A stretch of DNA of 64,000 nucleotides, taken from assembly GCA_963772835.1 (NCBI GenBank), contig CAVYYZ010000013.1, positions 21,475 through 85,474 of the forward strand. Direction: 5' to 3'. The position numbers and the translations under genes were made by a program. This DNA comes from an uncultured delta proteobacterium (GTDB taxonomy: Bacteria > Desulfobacterota > Desulfuromonadia > Geobacterales > Pseudopelobacteraceae). Of the stretch, positions 39,124 to 49,115 are shown in pieces. Below the pieces are notes generated by a model. It had not been told where the DNA came from, did not search any database, and worked only from the letters and a program-made list of their open reading frames with translations. Each line of letters opens with the position of its first letter. The stretch's first letter is position 1.

Positions 39124-40215
39124 CTAGGATGTATGGAAAGGGTAGTCGGTGTAGCCTGCCGCGCCGGGTGAATAAAACGTCGCCATATCTGCGGTATTCT
39201 GCGGGGCATTTAATTTCAGCCGTTCCACCAGATCAGGGTTTGCAATGAATGGACGGCCGTACGCAACCAGGTCAGCTGCGCCGCTTTCCAGATCAGCTTC
39301 AGCACGCTCTCTGTCGTAGCCCCCCGACAGAATAACAGCACCGCCTCCCGCCCCCCGGAAGTTATGAGATATCGCCTTGACGGTGGATTGATCCGGTTTC
39401 GGTGCCCCCATTGCAGAATGATCAACCAGATGGATATACGCCAACCGGAGCTGCCCCAGTTTTGCGGCGAGGTCGGCATATTGATCTGCAATCCCTTCAT
39501 AGGTTCCGCTCATGTCGTTGAACACACCATATGGGGAAATCCGGATGCCGACCCGTTCAGCACCTATTGCAGCACCTACCGCTTGAGCAACATCGAGGGC
39601 AAAGCGGTTTCTGCGCGTCATATTTCCGCCGTATTCGTCATTCCGGAGGTTTGACCCCGGATCGAGGAACTGAGTGATCAGGTAGCCGTTGGCACCATGA
39701 ATTTCGACCGCGTCAAAACCGGCTTCGATAGCGTTGCGTGCCGCCTGAGCATATTCACCGATCGCACTCCGGATGTCATCCGCGGTCATTTCACGAGGCA
39801 GGTCGTACGGCTGTTCCCCCTGGCTGTCGGTCCATATTATCCCGCTCACCGCAAGCGGAGACGGAGCAACCATTTCAGCTCCCGGCGGCAGGTTTAACAT
39901 GTTCCCCACCCGGCCGGAATGCATCAGTTGCAGGCATATTTTCCCACCACGGCTATGCACGGCTTTAGTGGTCAATTTCCACCCTTCAGCCTGTTCAGAG
40001 GAGTGTATGCCCGGTATGCGCGGGTAACCGAGACCGTTTGGCGAGGGCGATGTACCTTCAGTTATGATCAGTCCCGCACCGGCCCGCTGGCCGTAGTACT
40101 CCGCCATCAATTCGTTGGGCATATTTCCCATTGCTCTGTTACGGGTCATTGGAGCCATAACTACGCGGTTTTGTACCTCGATACTGCCGAGATCCAGAGA
40201 AGAAAAGAGCTTCAT
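39124..40215 (-). CDS. nemA: Old yellow enzyme / N-ethylmaleimide reductase-like alkene reductase
   Basis: MAPMTRNRA, YYGQRA, EIHGANGYL, N.R.DEYGG, GRPFIANPDL, GYTDYP. Confidence 0.92.
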   Translation of the reverse strand: MKLFSSLDLGSIEVQNRVVMAPMTRNRAMGNMPNELMAEYYGQRAGAGLIITEGTSPSPNGLGYPRIPGIHSSEQAEGWKLTTKAVHSRGGKICLQLMHSGRVGNMLNLPPGAEMVAPSPLAVSGIIWTDSQGEQPYDLPREMTADDIRSAIGEYAQAARNAIEAGFDAVEIHGANGYLITQFLDPGSNLRNDEYGGNMTRRNRFALDVAQAVGAAIGAERVGIRISPYGVFNDMSGTYEGIADQYADLAAKLGQLRLAYIHLVDHSAMGAPKPDQSTVKAISHNFRGAGGGAVILSGGYDRERAEADLESGAADLVAYGRPFIANPDLVERLKLNAPQNTADMATFYSPGAAGYTDYPFHTS

Positions 40216-40224
40216 TTACGCCAC

Positions 40225-40839
40225 CTATCCTTTTAGTTTGAGTGCTATCCGGGCTACATGGGCACCCTGAAAACGGGCACCGGCAAGCTCGTTATCACTC
40301 GGCATCCGTTCTCCCTGGCCGCCGGTGATGGTTGTAGCTCCATAGGGGCTGCACCCGGTGACGTCCGAAAACCCCATCTGGCCGGCGAATGAGTAGGGGA
40401 GGCCAACAACGATCATGCCGTGATGCAGCAGGGTTGTGTGAAAGCTGAGAATCGTCGACTCCTGGCCGCCATGCTGTGTTGCTGAACTGCAGAATACGCT
40501 GCCAGGTTTGCCGATTAGTGCTCCTTTCATCCAAAGCCCGCCCGATGCATCCAGAAACTGCCGCATCTGCCCGCACATATTTCCGAATCTGGTCGGCGTG
40601 CCGAAAATAACCGCATCAGATTCGGCCAGGTCGTTGACCGTTGCAACCGGTATATGCACCATCCCTTTTTGAGCTTCCAAAGCTCCCATCATACCCAAAA
40701 CCTCGTCTGGCAGTGTCTCCGGGACACGTTTTATCACCGCTTCGCATCCGGGGACATCACGAACTCCATCCGCTACAGCCTCGGCCATTTTCAGTATATG
40801 CCCATACATGCTGTACTCAATGATTGTAATTCTGCACAT
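40225..40839 (-). CDS. wrbA: NAD(P)H:quinone oxidoreductase
   Basis: [33 protein letters not shown]. Confidence 0.94.
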   Translation of the reverse strand: MCRITIIEYSMYGHILKMAEAVADGVRDVPGCEAVIKRVPETLPDEVLGMMGALEAQKGMVHIPVATVNDLAESDAVIFGTPTRFGNMCGQMRQFLDASGGLWMKGALIGKPGSVFCSSATQHGGQESTILSFHTTLLHHGMIVVGLPYSFAGQMGFSDVTGCSPYGATTITGGQGERMPSDNELAGARFQGAHVARIALKLKG

Positions 40840-41028
40840 GATTTCCTCCTCCCTTCTGACATAGATATGATCGATTAGATTTCTCTTTTATCTATATATA
40901 ACTCTAGCACGGAGGTCCGTCAAGTTAACAGGATTAAAATAGTCCTTTTTGTGGTGTTTTAACCGGTGGAATGAAACCCGCCTCAATCATGGGTTATCCG
41001 GTTTCTGATGAAGACCGGCAGAGATAAA

Positions 41029-41433
41029 TCAATCTTTGAGAGTAATGGGCGGCTTCGAATATTTTCTGTCTTCCTTTAACACATGTCTAAGCAACCATTC
41101 TCCGAGCATTATTATCAGATCTTTTGAAATCTCGAGGTCGTTATTATGGTAGCTCCTCCGCAATGCCTCGATTGAATTCGTAAATTCGGTGTGTTTTTCC
41201 ATATGTTCTGAAATCCCGGGGTACATCGTATCTCTCATGTACTGCTCTTCTGTTGAGAAGTGGCATTTCGTATACTCTGATAACTGGTCTATTTTCGGAA
41301 GGACGGAATCCAGCTCAGGAGAATTCATAACATTTTCATATACCGAGTTAAGCACGGTGAACAATTGCTGGTGGTGGTTGTCAAGTTCCGCTTCATTGAC
41401 CGAATATTCAGGTTTCCAGACGAATAATGACAT
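41029..41433 (-). CDS. Single-domain bacteriohemerythrin
   Basis: W...YSV...LD.HH, HFSTEE, HMEKH, WL..HV..ED di-iron ligand pattern. Confidence 0.9.
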   Translation of the reverse strand: MSLFVWKPEYSVNEAELDNHHQQLFTVLNSVYENVMNSPELDSVLPKIDQLSEYTKCHFSTEEQYMRDTMYPGISEHMEKHTEFTNSIEALRRSYHNNDLEISKDLIIMLGEWLLRHVLKEDRKYSKPPITLKD

Positions 41434-41801
41434 ATGTGAATTCCTTGGCCATAGGTGTAGAATAACAGCATTAAAAGGTCGTTACTTCCGTGTTACATGA
41501 AGGGAACAGAATACTTCTCCACGACCTGGTTGAGTATGCCACATTTTTCTTCCTTTTCAATAATGGTATAAACATATTTTTCCGGCTCCGCTTCCAGTAG
41601 TGTGGCGGTCAGCCCGTCTGATGAGGCGCTGCGTTACATCGAGGATGAAGCGTCTAACTTCTGCCCAAGGGGTATCTGCTTATTTTGCTGGTGAATTACG
41701 TACAGGAGGTAAATAGTGACTGATGTACAGGAGAAAAAAATACGAGCAGAATCTGTATGGGCATCGGTAAAAAACAGCTGACAGGGATACCGGCAGTGAA
41801 C

Positions 41802-42341
41802 TTATTTACTGCAGTCCAACGAAAGCGAACAACTTTCACTCCTGCCGTTGTTCCTGCAGGTCTCAAGCTCCTGTTTCGCTGCCAGCAGTTCCGACAGCAG
41901 GAGCTCCTCATTCAGCACCATTGCGCGGATGCGGGAGATGGTCATGGTAGTGGTAAGAAACGACAGTAGTCGCATGAACATTTCCCAGTAGATGAAATAT
42001 GATTCGGAATAGGGATGAAAGGTATATTTGTCGGAAAGATACCATACAAGTGCCGAACCAAAAGCGATCTGGAGTCCCAACCGCCGTCCGCAATACCATG
42101 AAGAGATTGCAACCGGGATGAAGTAGAAAATAAAGAAGCCGAACTCGTAACCGGTGATGTAGTCGAGCCCGCCGATCAGGAGAAGAACAGACAGGCTTGC
42201 CAGTCTTATCAACGTGCACTGCCCGTTAAAAGCATCCGGCCGGATGAGCTGGCGGTGGATACTCCGGTAACCGTTTTTGGCGCGCAGCGGTTCGTCACGG
42301 TGCAGATTCTCTGGTTTGCATGATTCACAGTGTGGCTTCAA
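41802..42341 (-). CDS. Integral membrane protein resembling a stand-alone membrane sensor domain (DUF4118-like)
   Basis: About four hydrophobic segments, DYITG.E..F.IFY.IPV pattern, short coiled tail; start uncertain. Confidence 0.6.
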   Translation of the reverse strand: MKPHCESCKPENLHRDEPLRAKNGYRSIHRQLIRPDAFNGQCTLIRLASLSVLLLIGGLDYITGYEFGFFIFYFIPVAISSWYCGRRLGLQIAFGSALVWYLSDKYTFHPYSESYFIYWEMFMRLLSFLTTTMTISRIRAMVLNEELLLSELLAAKQELETCRNNGRSESCSLSLDCSK

Positions 42342-42458
42342 GCGGCCTCCGGTGACGGATCATATCCGGTTTGTGTTCCTGTTTAATTTATTACGGCAGA
42401 GGGTATGTGCTCAGGAAAATACACCGGACGATCGACCGGAGAAAGGAATATTATTCCC

Positions 42459-42878
42459 ATGTTGAATAAACCCGTTTTCCCCCTGAGAGTTTTTTACGAC
42501 GGATCATGCGTGGTCTGCGCCACAGAGATAGAACATTATCTGGATAAGGATCACGAAGGGCGTCTCCGGGCGGTTGATATACATGCCGCTGATTTTGATC
42601 CGGTGCCGCTCCGGATCACGTTGGATTCATTCATGTACGAGTTACATGCCATCGATGCGAACGGCCGTATTTATCGCGGGGTGGAGGCTTTCTGGGCGAT
42701 ATGGCAGGCGTTCCCCGCTTCAACCATATACGGAATACTTGGGGATGTCATATGCTTGCCGATTGTCAATCTAGTCGCCCGTCTGCTCTATAAGGGGTTT
42801 GCCCGTATCCGCCCGTACCTTCCGAAAAGGCACAGCTGCAACAGTAATTCCTGTCGGATTGGCAGGGGAAAACAGTAG
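42459..42878 (+). CDS. DCC-family (DUF393) thiol-disulfide oxidoreductase
   Basis: FYDGSCVVC (DxxCxxC), G..YRGVEAF, LY..FAR.R. Confidence 0.88.
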   Translation: MLNKPVFPLRVFYDGSCVVCATEIEHYLDKDHEGRLRAVDIHAADFDPVPLRITLDSFMYELHAIDANGRIYRGVEAFWAIWQAFPASTIYGILGDVICLPIVNLVARLLYKGFARIRPYLPKRHSCNSNSCRIGRGKQ

Positions 42879-42927
42879 AGTGAATTGACGGAAACAGATT
42901 TAAACCTGCCGGTTTTATTATACAGGA

Positions 42928-43755
42928 TCAGAGCATCCGGTGTATCAATGCCGGTCCATGCTGGACGGTACGTGCAAAATGGGCCGCCGGCTTGCCGAAG
43001 GCCATGACATAACCGATCAGGTGGTCGTCCGGGATACCGAGGCGTTGGCGGACACCCGGCAGCAGGTCGTTGATTGCCGCCCTGGCAAGTCCGTTCCAGA
43101 CAGTGCCGACGCCATTTGCCTGGGCAAACAGTTCAAAATATGAAAGGGCGATCAGGCAGTCCGGCATCGGTGTCGGAACGCTCTTGGGGGTTGAGGCAAT
43201 CAGAAGGTGCGGAGCGCCACGGAATATTACGTCAAACCTGCTCTCACCCCACATCATGATAAAATCGGCATAAAAACTCATTCCTTCCGGGAGCGCTTTA
43301 TCCTTTACCAACCGGGTCAGTCCGGACATCACCTCGTTGCGCAGTAATGACATCTTATCCTTGTCATCCACAACTGTGAAGCGTACCTGGCGCGAATTTA
43401 CCCCTGTCGGAGCGTGCCATGCAACCTCAAGCAGTCGCTGAATCAGTGCCGGGTCGAGGTTCTCATCTTTATAGCGACGCACCGAACGGCGCCCTTTGAT
43501 CAATGTTTCAAGCTTGTCCGGATCGGGATAGCCGCCGGTCAGCGGTCGGCTGCCGCCCGGTTTGAGCCCCAGAATCGAAACAGCGCCGACCGGACAGATC
43601 GCGAGGCAGTGCTGACACCGGTAGCAGGTTGCCTCTTTTTCGGGTGCAATGTACGGGGTGCCGCCACTGGCCATTGCAATTATCATCGCCGGGCAGTCGG
43701 CGACACATTGGCCGCATCGGGTGCATCTCTGTGTGTCTATTTCAAATGAAAGCAT
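42928..43755 (-). CDS. Nitroreductase with N-terminal 2x[4Fe-4S] ferredoxin domain
   Basis: CTRCGQCVADCP and CYRCQHCLAICP, RRSVR, APTGVN. Confidence 0.9.
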   Translation of the reverse strand: MLSFEIDTQRCTRCGQCVADCPAMIIAMASGGTPYIAPEKEATCYRCQHCLAICPVGAVSILGLKPGGSRPLTGGYPDPDKLETLIKGRRSVRRYKDENLDPALIQRLLEVAWHAPTGVNSRQVRFTVVDDKDKMSLLRNEVMSGLTRLVKDKALPEGMSFYADFIMMWGESRFDVIFRGAPHLLIASTPKSVPTPMPDCLIALSYFELFAQANGVGTVWNGLARAAINDLLPGVRQRLGIPDDHLIGYVMAFGKPAAHFARTVQHGPALIHRML

Positions 43756-43792
43756 GATGTTACTCCCGGTATTTAAAGCTTTGTTGGGCTGC

Positions 43793-44422
43793 TTAATCAC
43801 TTCCGGCGGCAACCGGAATAAGTATTTCATTCCGGCGCATAAACCAGGGGGTAAAGGGGGGATTATAGCGTGCCCAAACCGGTTCTCCCACAATCATGAG
43901 CCGGTTTTCCCGAATCCATCCCTCCAGTTTTTCTTTGTTGAGCAGGTATTTCTCTTCACTCCAGAAACCGGAATAGCGCACAGCGGCGACCCGGCGCGCA
44001 GGGGCCTGGCGCAGGATGACTCCCGGGTCATCGGGTGTCGGCAGGGTCTCCATTGTATAAGATGCCGGCATCATGAAGCTGACGGCCCATTTTTCCTGAA
44101 CCCGCTGCTGAGTGACCGGGGCTGTCATGGATATCTTTTCCCCCTTCTGCTCCTGGGACACGGGGGCGGTCATTGCAATCCTGTTACGCGATGTGTTGTC
44201 GCCGGAGATGTAGCGGAACAGCCGGGTGAAGGCCTTGCTCCCGGCTCCTTCCAGATCCCCTTCAACAATGGTTTCTGCGACCATCTGAGGCGGATATTCA
44301 CGCAGCTCGAAAATGTCGTCTGTTTTCAGTACCGTGTACGGTGCTTCTTCTGTCGCCATGGCGGTAATCGCTCCCGTGATCATGAGTGTTGTTGCAATAA
44401 TTACCAGTCGTAACGTTTTCAT
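43793..44422 (-). CDS. SOUL heme-binding family protein, exported
   Basis: Signal peptide, EEAPY.V, F.RLFRYISG.N, IAMTAPV repeated, F.MP, YNPPFTP...RRNE. Confidence 0.9.
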   Translation of the reverse strand: MKTLRLVIIATTLMITGAITAMATEEAPYTVLKTDDIFELREYPPQMVAETIVEGDLEGAGSKAFTRLFRYISGDNTSRNRIAMTAPVSQEQKGEKISMTAPVTQQRVQEKWAVSFMMPASYTMETLPTPDDPGVILRQAPARRVAAVRYSGFWSEEKYLLNKEKLEGWIRENRLMIVGEPVWARYNPPFTPWFMRRNEILIPVAAGSD

Positions 44423-44444
44423 ACACATCACCTTTCGTTGCTTC

Positions 44445-45299
44445 TTATTTGACAAACGTTCCGTGATGGTATTCCTCAAACGCGACCCGCAACTCTTCCT
44501 GACTGTTCATGACGATCGGGCCTCCCCAGGCGACCGGTTCATTAAGAGGTTTGCCGGAGAGGAAGAGGAAACGTGCCGGTTTATCTGCGGTGGCTATTGT
44601 GACCTGATCTCCGTTCTGCTCGTAAAGCACCGCATGTTGCGGAGAGATCATCTCTCCCGGCTGATCATCGAATCGGGCTGATCCGGACAATACATAGGTC
44701 AGAACGGTATAGCCATCCTTTACCGGGAGTGTGAAGTTCGTGCCCGCAGGCATTGTGACATCCATCAGTACCGGATCGATGATGATTTCCCGGACCGGGC
44801 CCCGAACGCCGCTCAACTCGCCGCTGATGATTCTGGCGGTCACTCCGTTTTCCAGTGTCACCTCCGGAATATCGGCCGCTTTGACATCGCGATAGCGGGG
44901 CGGCATCATCTTCTGGCTGGCGGGGAGGTTCGCCCACAACTGGAATCCCCACATGGTCCCGGTCGGACTCTCCTGCGGCATCTCCTGATGGATAATCCCG
45001 CTGCCGGCGGTCATCCACTGCACATCGCCGGCGCCGATGACCCCTTTGTTCCCCATACTGTCGCCATGCTCGACCAACCCCTCTAAGATGTAGGTAATGG
45101 TTTCGATACCCCGGTGCGGATGCCAGGGAAAACCGGCCAGGTATTCAGCAGGTGTGGACGTGTGAAAGTCATCCAGCATCAGAAAGGGATCAAACTGCGG
45201 CACCTGGCTGTAGCCGAACGCACGCTTGAGGTGTACTCCCGCTCCCTCGATTGTCGATGCGCCGGCAAAAATGCTCTTGACTCTTCGAATTGTTGTCAT
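44445..45299 (-). CDS. Pirin family protein
   Basis: EGAGV, DPFLMLD, HPHRGIET, H.DS.G, WMTAGSGIIHQE, QLWANLP, GPIVMN. Confidence 0.94.
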   Translation of the reverse strand: MTTIRRVKSIFAGASTIEGAGVHLKRAFGYSQVPQFDPFLMLDDFHTSTPAEYLAGFPWHPHRGIETITYILEGLVEHGDSMGNKGVIGAGDVQWMTAGSGIIHQEMPQESPTGTMWGFQLWANLPASQKMMPPRYRDVKAADIPEVTLENGVTARIISGELSGVRGPVREIIIDPVLMDVTMPAGTNFTLPVKDGYTVLTYVLSGSARFDDQPGEMISPQHAVLYEQNGDQVTIATADKPARFLFLSGKPLNEPVAWGGPIVMNSQEELRVAFEEYHHGTFVK

Positions 45300-45380
45300 A
45301 ATTCACCTCCATGCGATAAAGTGTACGCCATTCATAAAACTTTTCAAGACTCTTTTAATGCAGCCGGAGGAGATTTGACA

Positions 45381-46214
45381 ATGTTTCAACTCCTGAAATG
45401 TATATCCTGCCTCGTTTTTCTGGTACTCGCCACGAAAGTTCACGCTCAGGAAACCGGTGCTGGAGTCGGGTCTGTGCGGAGTGGGTGGAACGTGTCAGTC
45501 GGGGGCGGTCTGATCGTTGCCCCGGCTTTTGTCGGTGCGAGAACCTATAGCCTGCTTGCCGTTCCGGATATCCGGGTCACCTATAAAGATCTGTTCTTTG
45601 CCAATGTCAGGGACGGTATCGGTTATGCGCTTGTCAACGTCGGCGGCTGGCGCATCGGGCCGGTGGTCTCCTATGCCTTCAGCCGCTCTGAAAAGAAGGG
45701 TGGCTCGATATTCCAGGTTGCCGGCAGTGGCACAAGCGCCCTGCAGGGGATGGGTGATGTTGACGGCACGGTATCACTTGGAGGATTTGTCGAATATTCG
45801 CTGAAACCGTATAAAATTCAGCTGCATCTGCACAAGGGGGTAACCGGGCATGAGGGGTTTACCGCTGAGGGAAGGGCCGGTTACGGCGGGGTTCTGACGT
45901 ATAACGGTCCTCCGGTGATCTACTCTTTTGGCCCGCATATCAAATTCGGAGATCAAAAATTTACCAATGCATATTGGGGCATCTCTCCCGAACAGTCGGC
46001 GCGCACCGGTCTGGAACAGTATCATGCCGCTGCGGGGATCACGGCGTACGGCGTCAATGCATTTGTCCTGATGCCGCTGACGAAAGCGGTCTCCATTTCG
46101 GCCATAGCGGGATTTGATCGACTGGCTCCAGTCGTTGCCGATTCACCTTTAGTGCGGGTTCGCGGCTCAGTAAACCAGGCGATGGGCGGCTTGTTTGTCA
46201 ACTACGGGTTTTAA
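45381..46214 (+). CDS. MipA/OmpV-family outer-membrane protein
   Basis: Signal peptide, P.F.GA, Y(W)GIS..QS..TGL..Y, DSPLV, C-terminal Y.F; GGAGGAG RBS. Confidence 0.85.
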   Translation: MFQLLKCISCLVFLVLATKVHAQETGAGVGSVRSGWNVSVGGGLIVAPAFVGARTYSLLAVPDIRVTYKDLFFANVRDGIGYALVNVGGWRIGPVVSYAFSRSEKKGGSIFQVAGSGTSALQGMGDVDGTVSLGGFVEYSLKPYKIQLHLHKGVTGHEGFTAEGRAGYGGVLTYNGPPVIYSFGPHIKFGDQKFTNAYWGISPEQSARTGLEQYHAAAGITAYGVNAFVLMPLTKAVSISAIAGFDRLAPVVADSPLVRVRGSVNQAMGGLFVNYGF

Positions 46215-47115
46215 TTCTTTGCAGGTCCGCCATTAGCCTGACAACCGCTAATTCCTTCGCCTTCGCTTCCACGTCCACGGTCATTCTTCGTTTCAGCCAG
46301 CAGTCAGGAAAATCGTCCAGGCCGATGTAATCAGCGTGAGGCTTCGGATTGCCGCCTCCCCAGCCCCCCCTGGGTGATGAAATGTGGCAGTACTGTTCCC
46401 GCCCGGCGACATTCCAGGTTGCTCCGGCCAGTTCCGTTACCTCTTCTACCGTCAGATTGTCAGGATTGCAGCGGTGGTGATGCACATCGTACACCAGCGG
46501 GATGCCGCGTTCTCTGCAGATCGGCAGCAGATCTTCCGGAGTATAGCTGACATCATCGTTTTCCAGAGTCAGCCGGCTCCGGACCGAATCAGGCAGCCGG
46601 TCATACACCTCACCGAAACGCCCCAACGCCGCTTGTTTGTCTCCATAGACCCCGCCGGCGTGGATATTGATAACATCCGCGCCGACCGCCTCTGCCAATC
46701 GGGCCTGGTATTCCAGTTCCCGAATCGAATTGGCGACGACAGCCGGATGCGGTGATGAGAGCACGACGAACTGGTCGGGGTGAAAGCTGAGCCGGATCTG
46801 CCGCTTGGATGCAAAAAGCCGGCAGCTTTCCAGTATGGCACTTATGGTCTGGCCGTCCGGCAGGGTGTTCAGGGTGTAACCCACCTCCGGGTGAGTCATA
46901 CGGGGGAAGAGCGGTGACATGATGCGGAACGCACCGATACCGAGTCGCTGAACTGTTTCCAATGACAGCTCCAGACTACGGGCGTTGTGCAGACAGATGT
47001 CGGACAATTTGAGCAGCTGACGGTCACGGGGAATGGGTGCAAGGGCTGTGGCGGTTGTGGTGCGGAAGGAAATCGCTTCATTTTTGAACAGGCAGCAAAG
47101 ACCAAAACGGAGCAT
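46198..47115 (-). CDS. uvsE: UV DNA damage endonuclease
   Basis: R.S.HPDQF..LSS, IHAGGVYGDK, LENDD, P.VYDVHHH, HISS, HADY, VEAKAKE. Confidence 0.93.
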   Translation of the reverse strand: MLRFGLCCLFKNEAISFRTTTATALAPIPRDRQLLKLSDICLHNARSLELSLETVQRLGIGAFRIMSPLFPRMTHPEVGYTLNTLPDGQTISAILESCRLFASKRQIRLSFHPDQFVVLSSPHPAVVANSIRELEYQARLAEAVGADVINIHAGGVYGDKQAALGRFGEVYDRLPDSVRSRLTLENDDVSYTPEDLLPICRERGIPLVYDVHHHRCNPDNLTVEEVTELAGATWNVAGREQYCHISSPRGGWGGGNPKPHADYIGLDDFPDCWLKRRMTVDVEAKAKELAVVRLMADLQRIKTRS

Positions 47116-47143
47116 GGTGGTACCTCGGGATCATTCTTTCATA

Positions 47144-47312
47144 CTTGAAACGGCAGTTCGAATAACACAGAGCAACGGAGCAACCGAGAAATCTATACGT
47201 TACATCAGAAACAGCATTCACCAAAAAGGGGAGTTTCAAAAAGGCTGTAGCAAAAATATTTTTCTTTGTTTTTACTCAGTTGCTCAGTTGCTCCGTGTTT
47301 CAAATGTTTTTT
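47144..47312. repeat. Palindromic element with 8-nt tandem-repeat arms (copy B, inverted relative to 12091-12256)
   Basis: Its reverse complement begins AAAAAACATTTGAAACACGGAGCAACTGAGCAACTGAGTAAAA, nearly identical to the start of copy A. Confidence 0.85.
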
Positions 47313-48211
47313 GGGTTCATTCCGGCAAGCGACCGGCGGACGGCTTCATCGTATGACGTCAGCTGCAGCGGGATAAGTTCACGGATCGCATGTTCCCGGC
47401 AGACAACCTCGTTTTTAAGCCCTTCGATCAGCGGCATGGAGACCGAGGGAGCCACCGGTGTGATAAAACCGACCCAGTAGGACGACAGGCGTGGAGTCAG
47501 TACCGGTACCGGCAGGATGTAAAGCGCGCGTCCCCTGATGCGTCCGAATCGCTCCATCATCTCCTTGTAGGTAATAACATCCGGACCGCCGATATCGTAT
47601 GTATTGCCGGTCGTGCGCTCATCTTTCAGGCAGCCGACCAGATAGCTGATGACGTCCTCCACCGCAATCGGCTGGCAGAGAGTCGTTACCCAGCGCGGGG
47701 TGATCATAACCGGCAGCCGTTCGACCAACGCCTTGACCATCTCGAACGAGGCGCCTCCGGCACCGATGATGATTGCCGCCCGCAGAAATGTCGTGGCGAA
47801 CTTGCCCGAGCGGAGGATGTCTGCCACCTCGAGGCGGCTTTGCAGATGTTCGGAAAGATCATCCCCGGTTTCTCCCAGTCCGCCCAGATAAATGACCCGC
47901 CGGATGCCCGTTTTTTCGGCAGCACGGACAAAATTTTCGGCGGCATCACGGTCGCGTCGTTCAAATCCGGCCCGCCCCCCCGCCATGGCGTGAACCAGAT
48001 AATAGGCGGTATCGACGCCCGCCAACGCCGCCGGCAATGAGGCGGGTTCCAGTAGATCCCCCTGCACCGTTTCGACCGGGTTACCGGAATGTGGACCGGA
48101 CTTCCGCACCAGACAGCGGATCTGAAGGTTCTCTTCAGCGAGAAGTGCCTGTGTCAGCAGGCGGCCGATAAAGCCATTGGCACCGGTCACAAGAACGATT
48201 TTCCGGTTCAT
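47300..48211 (-). CDS. NAD(P)-binding atypical SDR/epimerase (YbjT-like N-domain)
   Basis: VTGANGFIG, AYYLVH, LSEHLQSR.EV, IIG.GGASF, QPIA..DV. Confidence 0.9.
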   Translation of the reverse strand: MNRKIVLVTGANGFIGRLLTQALLAEENLQIRCLVRKSGPHSGNPVETVQGDLLEPASLPAALAGVDTAYYLVHAMAGGRAGFERRDRDAAENFVRAAEKTGIRRVIYLGGLGETGDDLSEHLQSRLEVADILRSGKFATTFLRAAIIIGAGGASFEMVKALVERLPVMITPRWVTTLCQPIAVEDVISYLVGCLKDERTTGNTYDIGGPDVITYKEMMERFGRIRGRALYILPVPVLTPRLSSYWVGFITPVAPSVSMPLIEGLKNEVVCREHAIRELIPLQLTSYDEAVRRSLAGMNPKNI

Positions 48212-48663
48212 GGTTTCCCCTCTTCGGAACTCAATTGAGTGCGGATTTCTTCCATGCGGCTGCGGTTTTTACCCAGGTCGGAATAGCCGAGCCTCGATGC
48301 AGACCGGATATGAATGACACCCCGCGTCCGGTCCAGCAGAAACTCGCCGTCGTCAACGAATAATGTCGTACGCAGTTCCACCCGCAGATACCCCGGCTTC
48401 TCCTCGATGATGGTTGTGTCACCACGCCGACCGAGAACCAGTTTCAGTCGGGCAAATGCAGTATCCGGGTCTCCACTGAACGTTAACGCTCCAATCTTGT
48501 GCCGTTCGTCAGCAGCGTGACTCGACACGCAGTTTGGAGAAGCTGGGCACGAGCTCAAAAGCCCATCCCGGGCGCCAAGGTCGGTTGGCCGTTCACCGGC
48601 ACATCCGAGTATTCCAAGTAACCCGATTGACATAATGAGGCTTCTCCTGAATATTGTTTTCAT
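48208..48663 (-). CDS. DUF1499-family lipoprotein
   Basis: ILGC lipobox, CPASPNCVSS, FVDD.EF, RSASRLGYSDLG.NR.R. Confidence 0.88.
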   Translation of the reverse strand: MKTIFRRSLIMSIGLLGILGCAGERPTDLGARDGLLSSCPASPNCVSSHAADERHKIGALTFSGDPDTAFARLKLVLGRRGDTTIIEEKPGYLRVELRTTLFVDDGEFLLDRTRGVIHIRSASRLGYSDLGKNRSRMEEIRTQLSSEEGKP

Positions 48664-48682
48664 AGATACCTTCCGAAGTTCG

Positions 48683-49115
48683 TTATATGAGGTGGTACCC
48701 CGATATAGTTTCTCTCGCGTGACCTAAAGCAGCCAGAGTCTCCAGCAGTTCTGCCTCGTTATCGGTTGGGCTCGCAGGAAGGTGCGGGCCACGGATTCGG
48801 CGGTGACCGAAGAGGCAGCGACAGTTAATACGCCACGATCGGCATGCACCTGTTCCGGCAGGGATGTGGGCCATGGGTTTTTGATGATGGTGGTTCCCCT
48901 CTTGTCACGACCCACTCCTTTAGGCCCAGGAGGGTCCGTATGAAGTGGGAGCATACCTCCTCTTGTTCCTCTCCATAAGGGTGAGGGAGGGTAACATTCA
49001 GACCATCGCACAGTTCGGAGAGAATCAGCTGATAGTTGGCTCGCTCGGCAGCACCGGAGGATTCCCGCCATCGAATAAAGTCAGAAATTGAGGCAGGGAT
49101 GATGGTATCTGTCAT
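48683..49115 (-). pseudogene. Internally deleted, frameshifted remnant of an MmeI-like type IIG/IIL restriction-modification enzyme
   Basis: N-terminal FI.W..S.AAERANYQL.LSELCD.L in one frame; C-terminal PWP..LPEQV and AELLETLAALGHAR in two other frames; family recognised from memory. Confidence 0.7.

Noticed and set aside
40840..41800. Cyclic-dinucleotide (GEMM) riboswitch in the long spacers near wrbA and hemerythrin
   Set aside because: No GGCAAA/GNRA-receptor pattern found by eye on either strand; an Rfam scan would be decisive
48683..49115. Three short minus-strand ORFs as real small genes
   Set aside because: Better explained as frameshifted pieces of one decayed restriction-modification gene
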